Origin: Candidatus Woesearchaeota archaeon
GTDB lineage: Archaea; Nanobdellota; Nanobdellia; Woesearchaeales; UBA11576
Length of the DNA: 64,000 nt
Assembly: GCA_013203345.1 (NCBI GenBank)
Contig: JABMQF010000062.1
Coordinates: forward strand, 2,490 to 66,489
Direction of reading: 5' to 3'
The translations under genes were made by a program, and so were the position numbers. Each line of letters opens with the position of its first letter. The stretch's first letter is position 1. The notes below the pieces were generated by a model. It made no database searches and was not told the DNA's origin. It saw nothing but the letters and a program-made list of their open reading frames with translations. Below, in pieces: positions 46,898 through 55,239 of the stretch.

Positions 46898-46915
46898 AGT
46901 GATACCTCCTTTTTT

Positions 46916-47386
46916 TTATGAACATGATGCTTCAACATTTACTGACGCTGTCTTGTCAGCACAAATTATCTCAAACCCATCTTTTTCTATGTGAGGGATG
47001 ACTTCAACATAAGTGACAGATGATACTCCTGTATCCAGCAGCACCTGTTTAATCCGGTCAGGATTCATAGCTATACTTGTCTCATTGGTGTGCAGCGGGA
47101 CCCGACCATTATATATCCTAAAATCCATCTCACTTATCCTTATATAGTTGTTATTCCGAAGCGTGATATTTAAAACTTGTGCAGACATGCATGCAGAATC
47201 CGCGTTCAAACCTACAAGACGACACTCATCAGTATTGTAAACTACCTTTTTCATATCCTCAGTAGAATCTTCTGTATACCCTACCATGAATTCATACATC
47301 AAAGCGCTGAGCATTATTGCAAATGCAACCAACAACACCCAGGATATCCATGGCGATACTGCTTTACGGTTGAACCTCTTTTTCAT
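46916..47386 (-). CDS. Archaeal type IV pilin
   Basis: RKA/VSPWISWVLLVAFAIML class III signal. Confidence 0.88.
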   Translation of the reverse strand: MKKRFNRKAVSPWISWVLLVAFAIMLSALMYEFMVGYTEDSTEDMKKVVYNTDECRLVGLNADSACMSAQVLNITLRNNNYIRISEMDFRIYNGRVPLHTNETSIAMNPDRIKQVLLDTGVSSVTYVEVIPHIEKDGFEIICADKTASVNVEASCS

Positions 47387-47390
47387 GCAA

Positions 47391-47933
47391 TCACTCCATC
47401 ACAAAAATCTCTTGCTCAGAGCCCTTTCTGAGCCTCATCACAGCCTTTGCATCTGTTCCTTGACTTAAGATTGTGAATTTATAAATGTTTTCATGGAAAA
47501 CATCGTCCCTGACCTCCAAAACCATTTCTGAGACTGCGGAACGCAGGAAATACTCATAAGAACCTGAATCAACAGTCTGATTCAGGTTGATTATGTGAAC
47601 AGGGTTGTTCATGTGGTTAGATACATACACCCTATTTCCCGTCTCAAGAACTGTAACTGTCTCTATGTTTAGCTTCTTCATTCTCGAGTAAGAAATAAAT
47701 GATTCAAGGAAAACCTCAAACTCCTCATTAACATCCTCTCGTTCAAACAATGCGTTATTCAACGCAGCATGACTCTCAAAAGCGAAGTTGTCAAATGCGT
47801 GCCTGAAATTCTTTGATGAATAAGGCACCACACTCAATGACTGCAAAAGCAGAAGAGAGTATGCAATAAGCATAATAGCTGTCAGTATGTAAAACTGCGA
47901 TTTCCTGTTATTCAATATCTTCATCATTAACAA
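47391..47933 (-). CDS. Pilin-like protein (class III signal peptide)
   Basis: NRKS/QFYILTAIMLI. Confidence 0.75.
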   Translation of the reverse strand: MLMMKILNNRKSQFYILTAIMLIAYSLLLLQSLSVVPYSSKNFRHAFDNFAFESHAALNNALFEREDVNEEFEVFLESFISYSRMKKLNIETVTVLETGNRVYVSNHMNNPVHIINLNQTVDSGSYEYFLRSAVSEMVLEVRDDVFHENIYKFTILSQGTDAKAVMRLRKGSEQEIFVME

Positions 47934-47937
47934 CCTT

Positions 47938-50700
47938 TCATTCTATTGTTATTGTGACATTCACCCTTCCATCAGATGTAACACCCTGATGATTAAGGTA
48001 TATATCATATTTGCCTGGCATCAGTTTAATATTACCACCTAAGTAAATATCAGAGTAACGCAGTTCGTTCTGCATAATATTTGACGCGTCCTTGCCGCTG
48101 AAACCAAAACTTGGATTCTCCACATCAAGGAAACTATCATCATCAAGCTCATCATTCACATCATCAAGGTCAAAGCTGCGCGACATGAATATCTTGATTG
48201 TGCTGCCATCTGTTGTGGCAGTTATTCGCCCTGTGTTAATGTCTGCAGGAGCCTCACTCGCAGCACCGACATAACCGTCGCCCTCGGGGACATAGCACAA
48301 TGTGGTGCCATGTACGCCGCAATTGGAATAGCGCACAACAAGATTGCCACCAGCAGTAGGAACAAAGTCACGATTAAGCCTTACAAAAACACTTGATGAA
48401 ATTGAAATAACACCAGAATCAGTCTCAGCGACTGCGTAAATCTCATTATTCCCCTGGAAAAGTGTGGCTGCGCTGAATGTGTATGTTGTGTTGAAAACTT
48501 CTGAAGTAGAAGTGTGATTGCTTCCATCAGAGTGAAGCACGACAATGTAAACAGAGGCGTTGCCTGAAACAACAACCTTTACGCTGATGTTATACTCATC
48601 CGCGGATGATTCAAATGTGTCTCCGTCATTAGGATATGCAATAGCAATGCTGACCCCACCCGCTGCCACAATTATTTCGTAATGCGCTGTCTCTCCCCAG
48701 TTGCCTGCGTTGTCAACAGCCTTGACATGGAAATAATGAGTGCCGTCAGGCAATGAACTGAACATGGTGTCCCATACACTGCCTGAATCCTGCAGAACAA
48801 CTTTGATAGCATAATCCCTTGATGATGAGGTGTCTGTGCATGGGAGGGTAGGGTCGCAGACAAATGAACTTGTGGAGGTGTCAATGTCTGACGCAGAAGA
48901 GGCTATGGTAAGGTTATGGCGGTTGTCATCAGTGCTGATGCCTGCTATCACAACATAAATGTCTGCTGTGCTGTCATCCACTGATTCATTGACTTCTAGA
49001 TTGAACTCATATGTTTCTGCATCAAGCATGCTTTGCGCGTAACTTATGTCAAGATACTCTTCAGCAATATTTGTTACAGGCACACCACCCTGAAATGTTG
49101 TGACTCCAGCACCTTCTACTACACGGACAAGATAAGCCCTAACACCCATAGCATCAGGAAGATCTGAAACAAGCTCTGAAAGTTTGACACTAACAATAAG
49201 AGTGTCATTGATAGTGATGTTAGTGTGAAGCTGAGTTGAAACAGCAAAAGTATTTGGCGACGGTGTGCTGCTATTCGCCCTTAGTAACTGAAACGAACCA
49301 TCATTACTCATACTTGAAAGAATCTCAAGATATCTTGACTCTGCAACACTGTCAGGCGCAGTTCCTGGATACGAGTCAATAGTGTATGAGTAGCCTGCGA
49401 TGCCGCTCCTGTTGCCTGCAGAGAGTATGTCCTCTGCTGTCCAGTTGAATAATGCATCTGAGATGGCGTATGCAGTGCTTTCTATTGGGTGTGATGTACT
49501 AGATACATTAGGAACAGCAGGCGCGGTAAAGTCAGTACGCGCACCGTCTGATAATGACGAAGGCGCTGAAATGTTCCAAGGATTGGAAGCGATGACTTCG
49601 AATACGTACAGTGTGTTCTCCTCAAGTGTGAGACCAGTCACAGTCACCTCTGCATCTCTACCTGTGCTTGTGAAGTTGCAATCATTGTTGTAGCAAGAAT
49701 TATTCTCAATAATCCTATACCTGTAATGTATTTCAGAAATATCCTCAGTCGCGTTGAACCAGTGCGCTGAAAGAGTGCTGTTAGATGAAATCCAGTCAAT
49801 GTCCGAAGCTTCGAGTCCGTCGAATACTACAGGAGCTGTGGGCGGGGTGATGTCCTGAGTGTAATGATACATAATAGATTCATTGTAAACAACAGTGTTG
49901 TCATTCGTATCTCTCACCTCATAATAAACAGTCTTGTTGCCTTCCCCAGGACTGAGAATCCAAGGCTTGAAAATCGTACAATTCTCCCAGGGCGCTGCCG
50001 CGAGATTTGTCAAATTATCATTAGCATAACGACAAGCATCCACTCCAAAATTATCCTCATAAGTAAGTTCAAGCATCACTGAACTCGACGCAGTTATGTT
50101 TGTGAAGTTCTGCCAGCGTATGGCAATCGAACCAGTAGGAGGTGTTCCGTCTGTGACTGTAAGCCGCAAATTAACATTCAATGACGCATTCACGCTATTG
50201 CACCCGTAAACATGCGCGTCCTGCTGTGCGAACACTGCGAACGCACACTCATAACCTGCAGGGACAGAACCTGAAGCACTTGTCTGCATACTCCATACCA
50301 AAGTAGTGTTTGAATTGTTGAGGCAGACACTATCGCTGTAGTAGTTATTGATAGAGACATGCGAGTTGGTGTCGTTGTAAAGCTGGACAAGATTGATTGA
50401 ATTTGTTCCGCAGCCGTCGTCGAGCGTGGTTACGTTTGATTGACACGCAACAGTCCAATCAAAATCAGTTCTATTACCAAACTCAACATGCGAATTATCC
50501 AACTGGTACATGTTGATGATGGGCACAAATCCAGGATCAACTGAAAGACGCGGAAAGATTGTGCAATTTAAGTTGCCTGCTGCGGATGCTATGGGGGCTG
50601 CGAGGGCGATGCATAAGATGATGAAAGCAGGGGCTATTAGGAAGAATGGTGCTATGGTCCATGTTACACGCGTTCTTTTGATGTGGTCACCTAACCTTAT
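47938..50700 (-). CDS. Large secreted adhesin-like protein, paralog 3 (FN3/Ig-like domains plus shared C-terminal domain); start codon missing or displaced
   Basis: The frame is open from 50700 and encodes a signal peptide (..TIAPFFLIAPAFIILCIALAAPIASA), but there is no ATG/GTG/TTG until 50526. Confidence 0.75.
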   Translation of the reverse strand: MRLGDHIKRTRVTWTIAPFFLIAPAFIILCIALAAPIASAAGNLNCTIFPRLSVDPGFVPIINMYQLDNSHVEFGNRTDFDWTVACQSNVTTLDDGCGTNSINLVQLYNDTNSHVSINNYYSDSVCLNNSNTTLVWSMQTSASGSVPAGYECAFAVFAQQDAHVYGCNSVNASLNVNLRLTVTDGTPPTGSIAIRWQNFTNITASSSVMLELTYEDNFGVDACRYANDNLTNLAAAPWENCTIFKPWILSPGEGNKTVYYEVRDTNDNTVVYNESIMYHYTQDITPPTAPVVFDGLEASDIDWISSNSTLSAHWFNATEDISEIHYRYRIIENNSCYNNDCNFTSTGRDAEVTVTGLTLEENTLYVFEVIASNPWNISAPSSLSDGARTDFTAPAVPNVSSTSHPIESTAYAISDALFNWTAEDILSAGNRSGIAGYSYTIDSYPGTAPDSVAESRYLEILSSMSNDGSFQLLRANSSTPSPNTFAVSTQLHTNITINDTLIVSVKLSELVSDLPDAMGVRAYLVRVVEGAGVTTFQGGVPVTNIAEEYLDISYAQSMLDAETYEFNLEVNESVDDSTADIYVVIAGISTDDNRHNLTIASSASDIDTSTSSFVCDPTLPCTDTSSSRDYAIKVVLQDSGSVWDTMFSSLPDGTHYFHVKAVDNAGNWGETAHYEIIVAAGGVSIAIAYPNDGDTFESSADEYNISVKVVVSGNASVYIVVLHSDGSNHTSTSEVFNTTYTFSAATLFQGNNEIYAVAETDSGVISISSSVFVRLNRDFVPTAGGNLVVRYSNCGVHGTTLCYVPEGDGYVGAASEAPADINTGRITATTDGSTIKIFMSRSFDLDDVNDELDDDSFLDVENPSFGFSGKDASNIMQNELRYSDIYLGGNIKLMPGKYDIYLNHQGVTSDGRVNVTITIE

Positions 50701-50780
50701 TCATAAATGTGGCCATAGTGTTGGCCACCTTTATCTTTATGTGGTCAAAATACTGGTTAATTTCATGATTAGTGGTTTGT

Positions 50781-51383
50781 TTAAATAGTCTTTTTGGCAC
50801 TTTCAACCACCTTGATTAACTGATCGTAACCAAACAGGACAATACCTCTTCTCAGTATGCTCAGGACAACTTTATCCATTGATTTGATATTGACCTTCAG
50901 GTCGTCTTTTGTCTGCTTCACTGCATGAATCCTCTTCACACTGAGTCCGCTTATCTCTTTGAGTAGGCTGTTTATCTTCTTGTTCTGGTTATGCTTGAAG
51001 ACCAAAAGCACGTCCACATCACTGAATTCCTTGTGCGACAGGACAGAACCGAACAAGATCCCTATATCCGCAGCGTCCTTAAACTTCCTCAATTCCTTAA
51101 CCCAGCGCTTTACTCTTGGTGTCGAGTGCTCTGCCTCTTTCTGTAGGATGAACCTCAGGTATGTCCTCGTGTAGTCATTGGAAAAATCCATTCTGTAGAA
51201 GACAGCCCGTCCCATCTGCCTTGATTTCAGTATGCCCTGCTTTTCCAGCCTTTTCAGTATCTTCAATGTTCCCATGGGCGTCAAGCCCAATCTCTTACTG
51301 AGGTTGTTGGCATTGTAATCTGTACTGAAATCCTTGAACAAGGTCAGCACAGCATTCATCTCGTTCATTGTCACAGTTTCCAT
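50781..51383 (-). CDS. HTH plus minimal nucleotidyltransferase protein (orphan antitoxin-like)
   Basis: NANNLSKRLGLTPMGTLKILKRLEKQG wHTH; ILFGSV..SDVDVLLV. Confidence 0.88.
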   Translation of the reverse strand: METVTMNEMNAVLTLFKDFSTDYNANNLSKRLGLTPMGTLKILKRLEKQGILKSRQMGRAVFYRMDFSNDYTRTYLRFILQKEAEHSTPRVKRWVKELRKFKDAADIGILFGSVLSHKEFSDVDVLLVFKHNQNKKINSLLKEISGLSVKRIHAVKQTKDDLKVNIKSMDKVVLSILRRGIVLFGYDQLIKVVESAKKTI

Positions 51384-51393
51384 CTAAACCACC

Positions 51394-51411
51394 AGTTTAT
51401 ATATATAAACT
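51394..51411. promoter_or_regulatory. Perfect 18-bp palindrome at the HTH-MNT promoter (probable autoregulatory operator)
   Basis: AGTTTATATATATAAACT. Confidence 0.6.
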
Positions 51412-51560
51412 TTTAGTTTATATATGTTTTGGAGGGGATTGTTGTTCAATATGCTAGGAAAGGAGCACCTAGAGAGGATAGCAGGGGCTAACAAAACAAA
51501 AAGTGCAATGTCCTTGATTGGATTGTTATTCATTTTGTTTGTTTGAATTTTTTGGTCATT

Positions 51561-54500
51561 TTATCCGGAATGATATGTGCAGGATATGAGTTTTGACCTA
51601 AATCCTTTCTCAGCATCCAAGGGTACTTCGCTCCAATCAACTGGTTCTGTCGCTTTTGCGACAGTATAACTATGCACCAGGTCATCGTGTTGCTTAATTG
51701 CATGCCCTTTTGTGATTGATGACGTGAGATAGTCTCCTATCTCTATGTCTCCACCATCCTCTGTCACAAGTATATGCCCGTCACCAAGCGCGTTTATCGC
51801 GTGTTGATTGCCACTTTCCGCATCATCATGCTTCCCTGCATAGACACCCATGACAGACTTGTCAGCAGCGCCTGTGCATGGCTTGACATAATAATCCGCC
51901 TGCCTGGGCCTGTCAGGATTGTACTTGGATGATACCAAACACATCACAGTACCATAAGGAAGACCCTCCTCGTTATGTTCTACAGGGATAGAAGCATCGT
52001 GCGCACCTGTAAACGGACCATAATAGACTGTACCCCCACTAAACCAAATATCGCCTTGGTGAGTTCCATCCCCATCCTCCATTCTCATAACAATGTTGTT
52101 TTCCGTACTATCATTCGAGCCTGATCTGATTCTAATACCACTTCCACCTGTAACCCCTGCATCATGCTCAAAATTGGCGACATAGGTTGGTTGTGCACTA
52201 GCATGAACATCAAGAATATAAGAAGGATTGGAAGTGATCCCTACACCAATTCTATCCGCAATCAAATAACCATCCGTCGGAGGAGTACAGCTACCATCAT
52301 TATCAATGCACACACCACCATCAACTATCTTAACATCACCCGCTCCAGCAGAGGTATCACATACATTGTCGTTATCTATACAAAGACCCCCGTTGATAGT
52401 CAATCGAGATGAAGCCGCATTCGTACCGATACCAACATTGCCACCGGGATCGAAAGTTACCCTTGTAGGATTAACACCATAGTCGGCACTGGGACCATAT
52501 GTGAATCTCAACTTACTTGATCCTGAGCCACCAGTAGTCTCACGAGCAATTCCCCAGTTGTCCATCACAGCACCTGCATCCGTCATCTCCACAAGTGAAA
52601 TTGCTGAACCCCAAGTAGCACCATCATCACTGTACAGACCAAGAACAGCATTGGTTGCTTCAACAAGTATCTCAGTCTCAGTAGGTTCTCCAGAATCAAT
52701 ACTTAAATCAGTCTGCTGCACATGCAGCATTGCCCGAGCCTGAACAGTTCCAATACCTACCTCTGCATTATTATCAATAGTCATTGCGATCTGACCGTTC
52801 TGACCAAAATGAAAATAGCCATCATTTTCAAGCATCAAATACAGTGCATTTGCCTGAGAATCCGTGTATAGATTGCCAGCATCACCTTCCAAACCGAAAG
52901 CTCCAACTGTCACGCCACCATCCTGTCGAATCTCAACTCTTGGATTCTCATTCTCATCGACGTTATCGTTGTCTGAATCAGCCTCGACAATTAACATAGT
53001 ATCTGAAATATTACTTATGTGCAGATTTGATTCTGGCAAGTTAGTACCTATACCCATGTTACCCGAATCCCTTTCGAACGTCCATCTTTCAGTAGGTGTG
53101 CCGCTGAGGTCCCAGATACCCATCCGGGTATTGGCGTCATCATACATTATGCTCATATGCGAGCTGTATGTATCAGGAGTAGGATCTTCCTGAGTGGTAA
53201 ATGTGCTGAACTCTATAGCACTACTTCCACTGATTGGTGTTGCAAGCATTATGTCAGCCTCAGATCCCGAATCACCAGTATCTCTAATCTCAAGATCAGC
53301 AGCAAATGGCTTATCAGTTGCTATACCCGCACTGCCTGTTGCTCGCGCAATCGAAAATGCATTAAATCCGCTGACACTATTATCATGAGTGACTATAGCA
53401 AAAGTATCCTCAGGCACACCCAGGATATTTCCTGAATTGTTGCCATTGTACACAACAGAGACACCATAAGTTCCTGTATCATTCTCCTGGAAGAATATTC
53501 TTCCACCACCGCTGTTATCATCTCCTAAACCATTTATCAGTATTCCTTCATCAAGATCATTAGGTGTTGCGAAGCGAGCAGCCCCATTAACTGTCAGCAC
53601 TTCAGTCGGGCCTGACGTACCTATTCCAACCCTGTCGTTAGTCCTATCCACCACAAGTGTGTTCGTGTCGACAGCCAGTCCACCACCTATTGTAGTGTCC
53701 TCATTGCCATCGCTGTCGATTGTCACAGCATCTGTTGTGGTAGCGCCCTGGGTCGTGACCTGCTGGAGGTTCTGCTTCTCAGTAGGGAAGCTTATCGCCT
53801 GGCAGGTGAGGTCGCCCTGATTATCTATCGACTGCACTGACTGGATGTTCGAGCAAGTGCCGTCAAAGAAATCAGTCCCGTCGCTGTCCAAGAGGTTTGC
53901 AACCACCGCGTTGCCGTCGACCTCCAGCTCATCCTCTATGTAGACATCGCCATCACCGTCGGCGTAGCCTATCGACCCTGCGTCGCCAACCCTTACCAGG
54001 CCATTTACGAACTGCCCAGAATACCCATCTGCGTTGCCCAATACACCAACATTAAAACTGCCTCCACTAGCCTCGAAACGCCCCCCATAATGAGTTCCAG
54101 TTCCGCTAGATCCATCGGCAACACCACGCACACCAATATTCGTACCAGTTGAGTCATGGTTAGAAAAATACCCGCCTGTTTCCACACCAACGCCCACCAC
54201 TCCGTCTGTTGAGCGGCCTAAAATACCATAATTGTTGGAGTCATACTCTGCGTAGACCATATAACTAGGCAATCCCTGGCCTCCTACTGCAAGTGCTGAT
54301 AAGGGAGAAGCGGTCCGGATGCCTACCCTGTTGTTGTCCTCATCTACGTTGAAGGTCGTGCCGTCAACAGCAAGACCTCCTCCTATTGTGGTGTCCTCAT
54401 CGCCGTTGCTGTCTATTGTGACAGCGTGCGTCGTTGTGGCAGCTATGTCTGTGACATCCTGCAGGTCCTGGGTCTCAGCAGGGAAGTTTATTGCTTGGCA

Positions 54501-55202
54501 TTGGAGGTCGCCCTGAGAATCTATCGACTGGACTGACTGGGTGTTAGAGCAGGTATTGTCAAAGAAACTACCCGCCCCATCATTATCATAAAGGTTTGTA
54601 AGTTCAACATCACCATTGACCTCGAGATCGCTGCTAGGGCTCGCAGTGCCTATGCCAACCCTGTCGTTAGTCGTGTCCCAGAAGAAGTTTGTGTCATATG
54701 ACAGGGAGGTCGCGCCAGTCCATACAGCAAGGTATCCTGTCGCACCAGATCCTGTAACAGTTCCTCCTGCTCCTGTGTCATCACTTCCGCACTGGCCTAC
54801 ACCATCTATCCATTTCAGAACCTGGCCGTTGGCGCAGTTGTTCCATAATGTTATGTTGGTGACATTCAGTGTTCCGTTTACAGTCAGGTTTCCGTTCACG
54901 AACAGGTTGCCGTCGATGTAATTTCCCATGCCAGCAGTGCTCAGGCAGTTGCCTCCTGTGATGCAGATGTCGCCTGTCGCGTTGATGTCTGTCGCGTTGA
55001 GTGAATAAGCGCCGAGGTTGAGGTCCTGATCAACAGGGAACATCTCTGAGAGTGGGTGGTGCTGGACCTGGGCGAGAGCTGTCGCTACGAGGAGCACAGA
55101 CAAGAAGGTCAGACAGGTCAAAAACGCAGCAGTCCTGCGGGCGCTTCTTGGCAGCAATGCTGTCGTGCGCTGAAAAAACCTTTGTCCTTTCTTTACTCTC
55201 AT
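51561..55202 (-). CDS. Secreted tail-fibre-like adhesin with VGIGT repeats and a C-terminal autoproteolytic chaperone-like (peptidase G2/S74-like) domain
   Basis: Signal peptide; repeated NNRVGIGTxxP; C-terminal FTGAH..ALGDGHILV..GDIEIGDYLTSS..GHAIKQ..YTVAKATE..CTYHSG. The ORF track starts at 55238. Confidence 0.8.
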   Translation of the reverse strand: MRVKKGQRFFQRTTALLPRSARRTAAFLTCLTFLSVLLVATALAQVQHHPLSEMFPVDQDLNLGAYSLNATDINATGDICITGGNCLSTAGMGNYIDGNLFVNGNLTVNGTLNVTNITLWNNCANGQVLKWIDGVGQCGSDDTGAGGTVTGSGATGYLAVWTGATSLSYDTNFFWDTTNDRVGIGTASPSSDLEVNGDVELTNLYDNDGAGSFFDNTCSNTQSVQSIDSQGDLQCQAINFPAETQDLQDVTDIAATTTHAVTIDSNGDEDTTIGGGLAVDGTTFNVDEDNNRVGIRTASPLSALAVGGQGLPSYMVYAEYDSNNYGILGRSTDGVVGVGVETGGYFSNHDSTGTNIGVRGVADGSSGTGTHYGGRFEASGGSFNVGVLGNADGYSGQFVNGLVRVGDAGSIGYADGDGDVYIEDELEVDGNAVVANLLDSDGTDFFDGTCSNIQSVQSIDNQGDLTCQAISFPTEKQNLQQVTTQGATTTDAVTIDSDGNEDTTIGGGLAVDTNTLVVDRTNDRVGIGTSGPTEVLTVNGAARFATPNDLDEGILINGLGDDNSGGGRIFFQENDTGTYGVSVVYNGNNSGNILGVPEDTFAIVTHDNSVSGFNAFSIARATGSAGIATDKPFAADLEIRDTGDSGSEADIMLATPISGSSAIEFSTFTTQEDPTPDTYSSHMSIMYDDANTRMGIWDLSGTPTERWTFERDSGNMGIGTNLPESNLHISNISDTMLIVEADSDNDNVDENENPRVEIRQDGGVTVGAFGLEGDAGNLYTDSQANALYLMLENDGYFHFGQNGQIAMTIDNNAEVGIGTVQARAMLHVQQTDLSIDSGEPTETEILVEATNAVLGLYSDDGATWGSAISLVEMTDAGAVMDNWGIARETTGGSGSSKLRFTYGPSADYGVNPTRVTFDPGGNVGIGTNAASSRLTINGGLCIDNDNVCDTSAGAGDVKIVDGGVCIDNDGSCTPPTDGYLIADRIGVGITSNPSYILDVHASAQPTYVANFEHDAGVTGGSGIRIRSGSNDSTENNIVMRMEDGDGTHQGDIWFSGGTVYYGPFTGAHDASIPVEHNEEGLPYGTVMCLVSSKYNPDRPRQADYYVKPCTGAADKSVMGVYAGKHDDAESGNQHAINALGDGHILVTEDGGDIEIGDYLTSSITKGHAIKQHDDLVHSYTVAKATEPVDWSEVPLDAEKGFRSKLISCTYHSG
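53625..54570. repeat. Internal duplication of about 250 bp within the fibre gene
   Basis: About 53625-53875 and 54320-54570 both encode FFDxTCSNxQSVQSIDxQGDLxCQAIxFPxExQxLQxVT..TTIGGGLAVD. Confidence 0.8.
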
Positions 55203-55239
55203 TCTTTTCTCCTCGTTCACCTTATCCAAATTATTCACC

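Larger units (their letters stand above)
50626..51490. mobile_element. Putative 854-bp inserted cassette bounded by an 11-bp direct repeat (AGCAGGGGCTA)
   Basis: Repeat copies at 50626-50636 and 51480-51490, both encoding APA in signal-peptide frames. The cassette carries an HTH-MNT gene and no recombinase. Confidence 0.45.

Noticed and set aside
39931..47933. Archaellum (fla/arl) operon
   Set aside because: No FlaH/FlaF/FlaG or archaellin GIGTLIxFIA signature; two TadC-type genes and SPxI/Q-type pilins indicate an adhesive type IV pilus.
53625..54570. Repeat pair as a DGR template/variable region
   Set aside because: Differences are not adenine-specific, both copies are inside one ORF, and there is no reverse transcriptase in the window.
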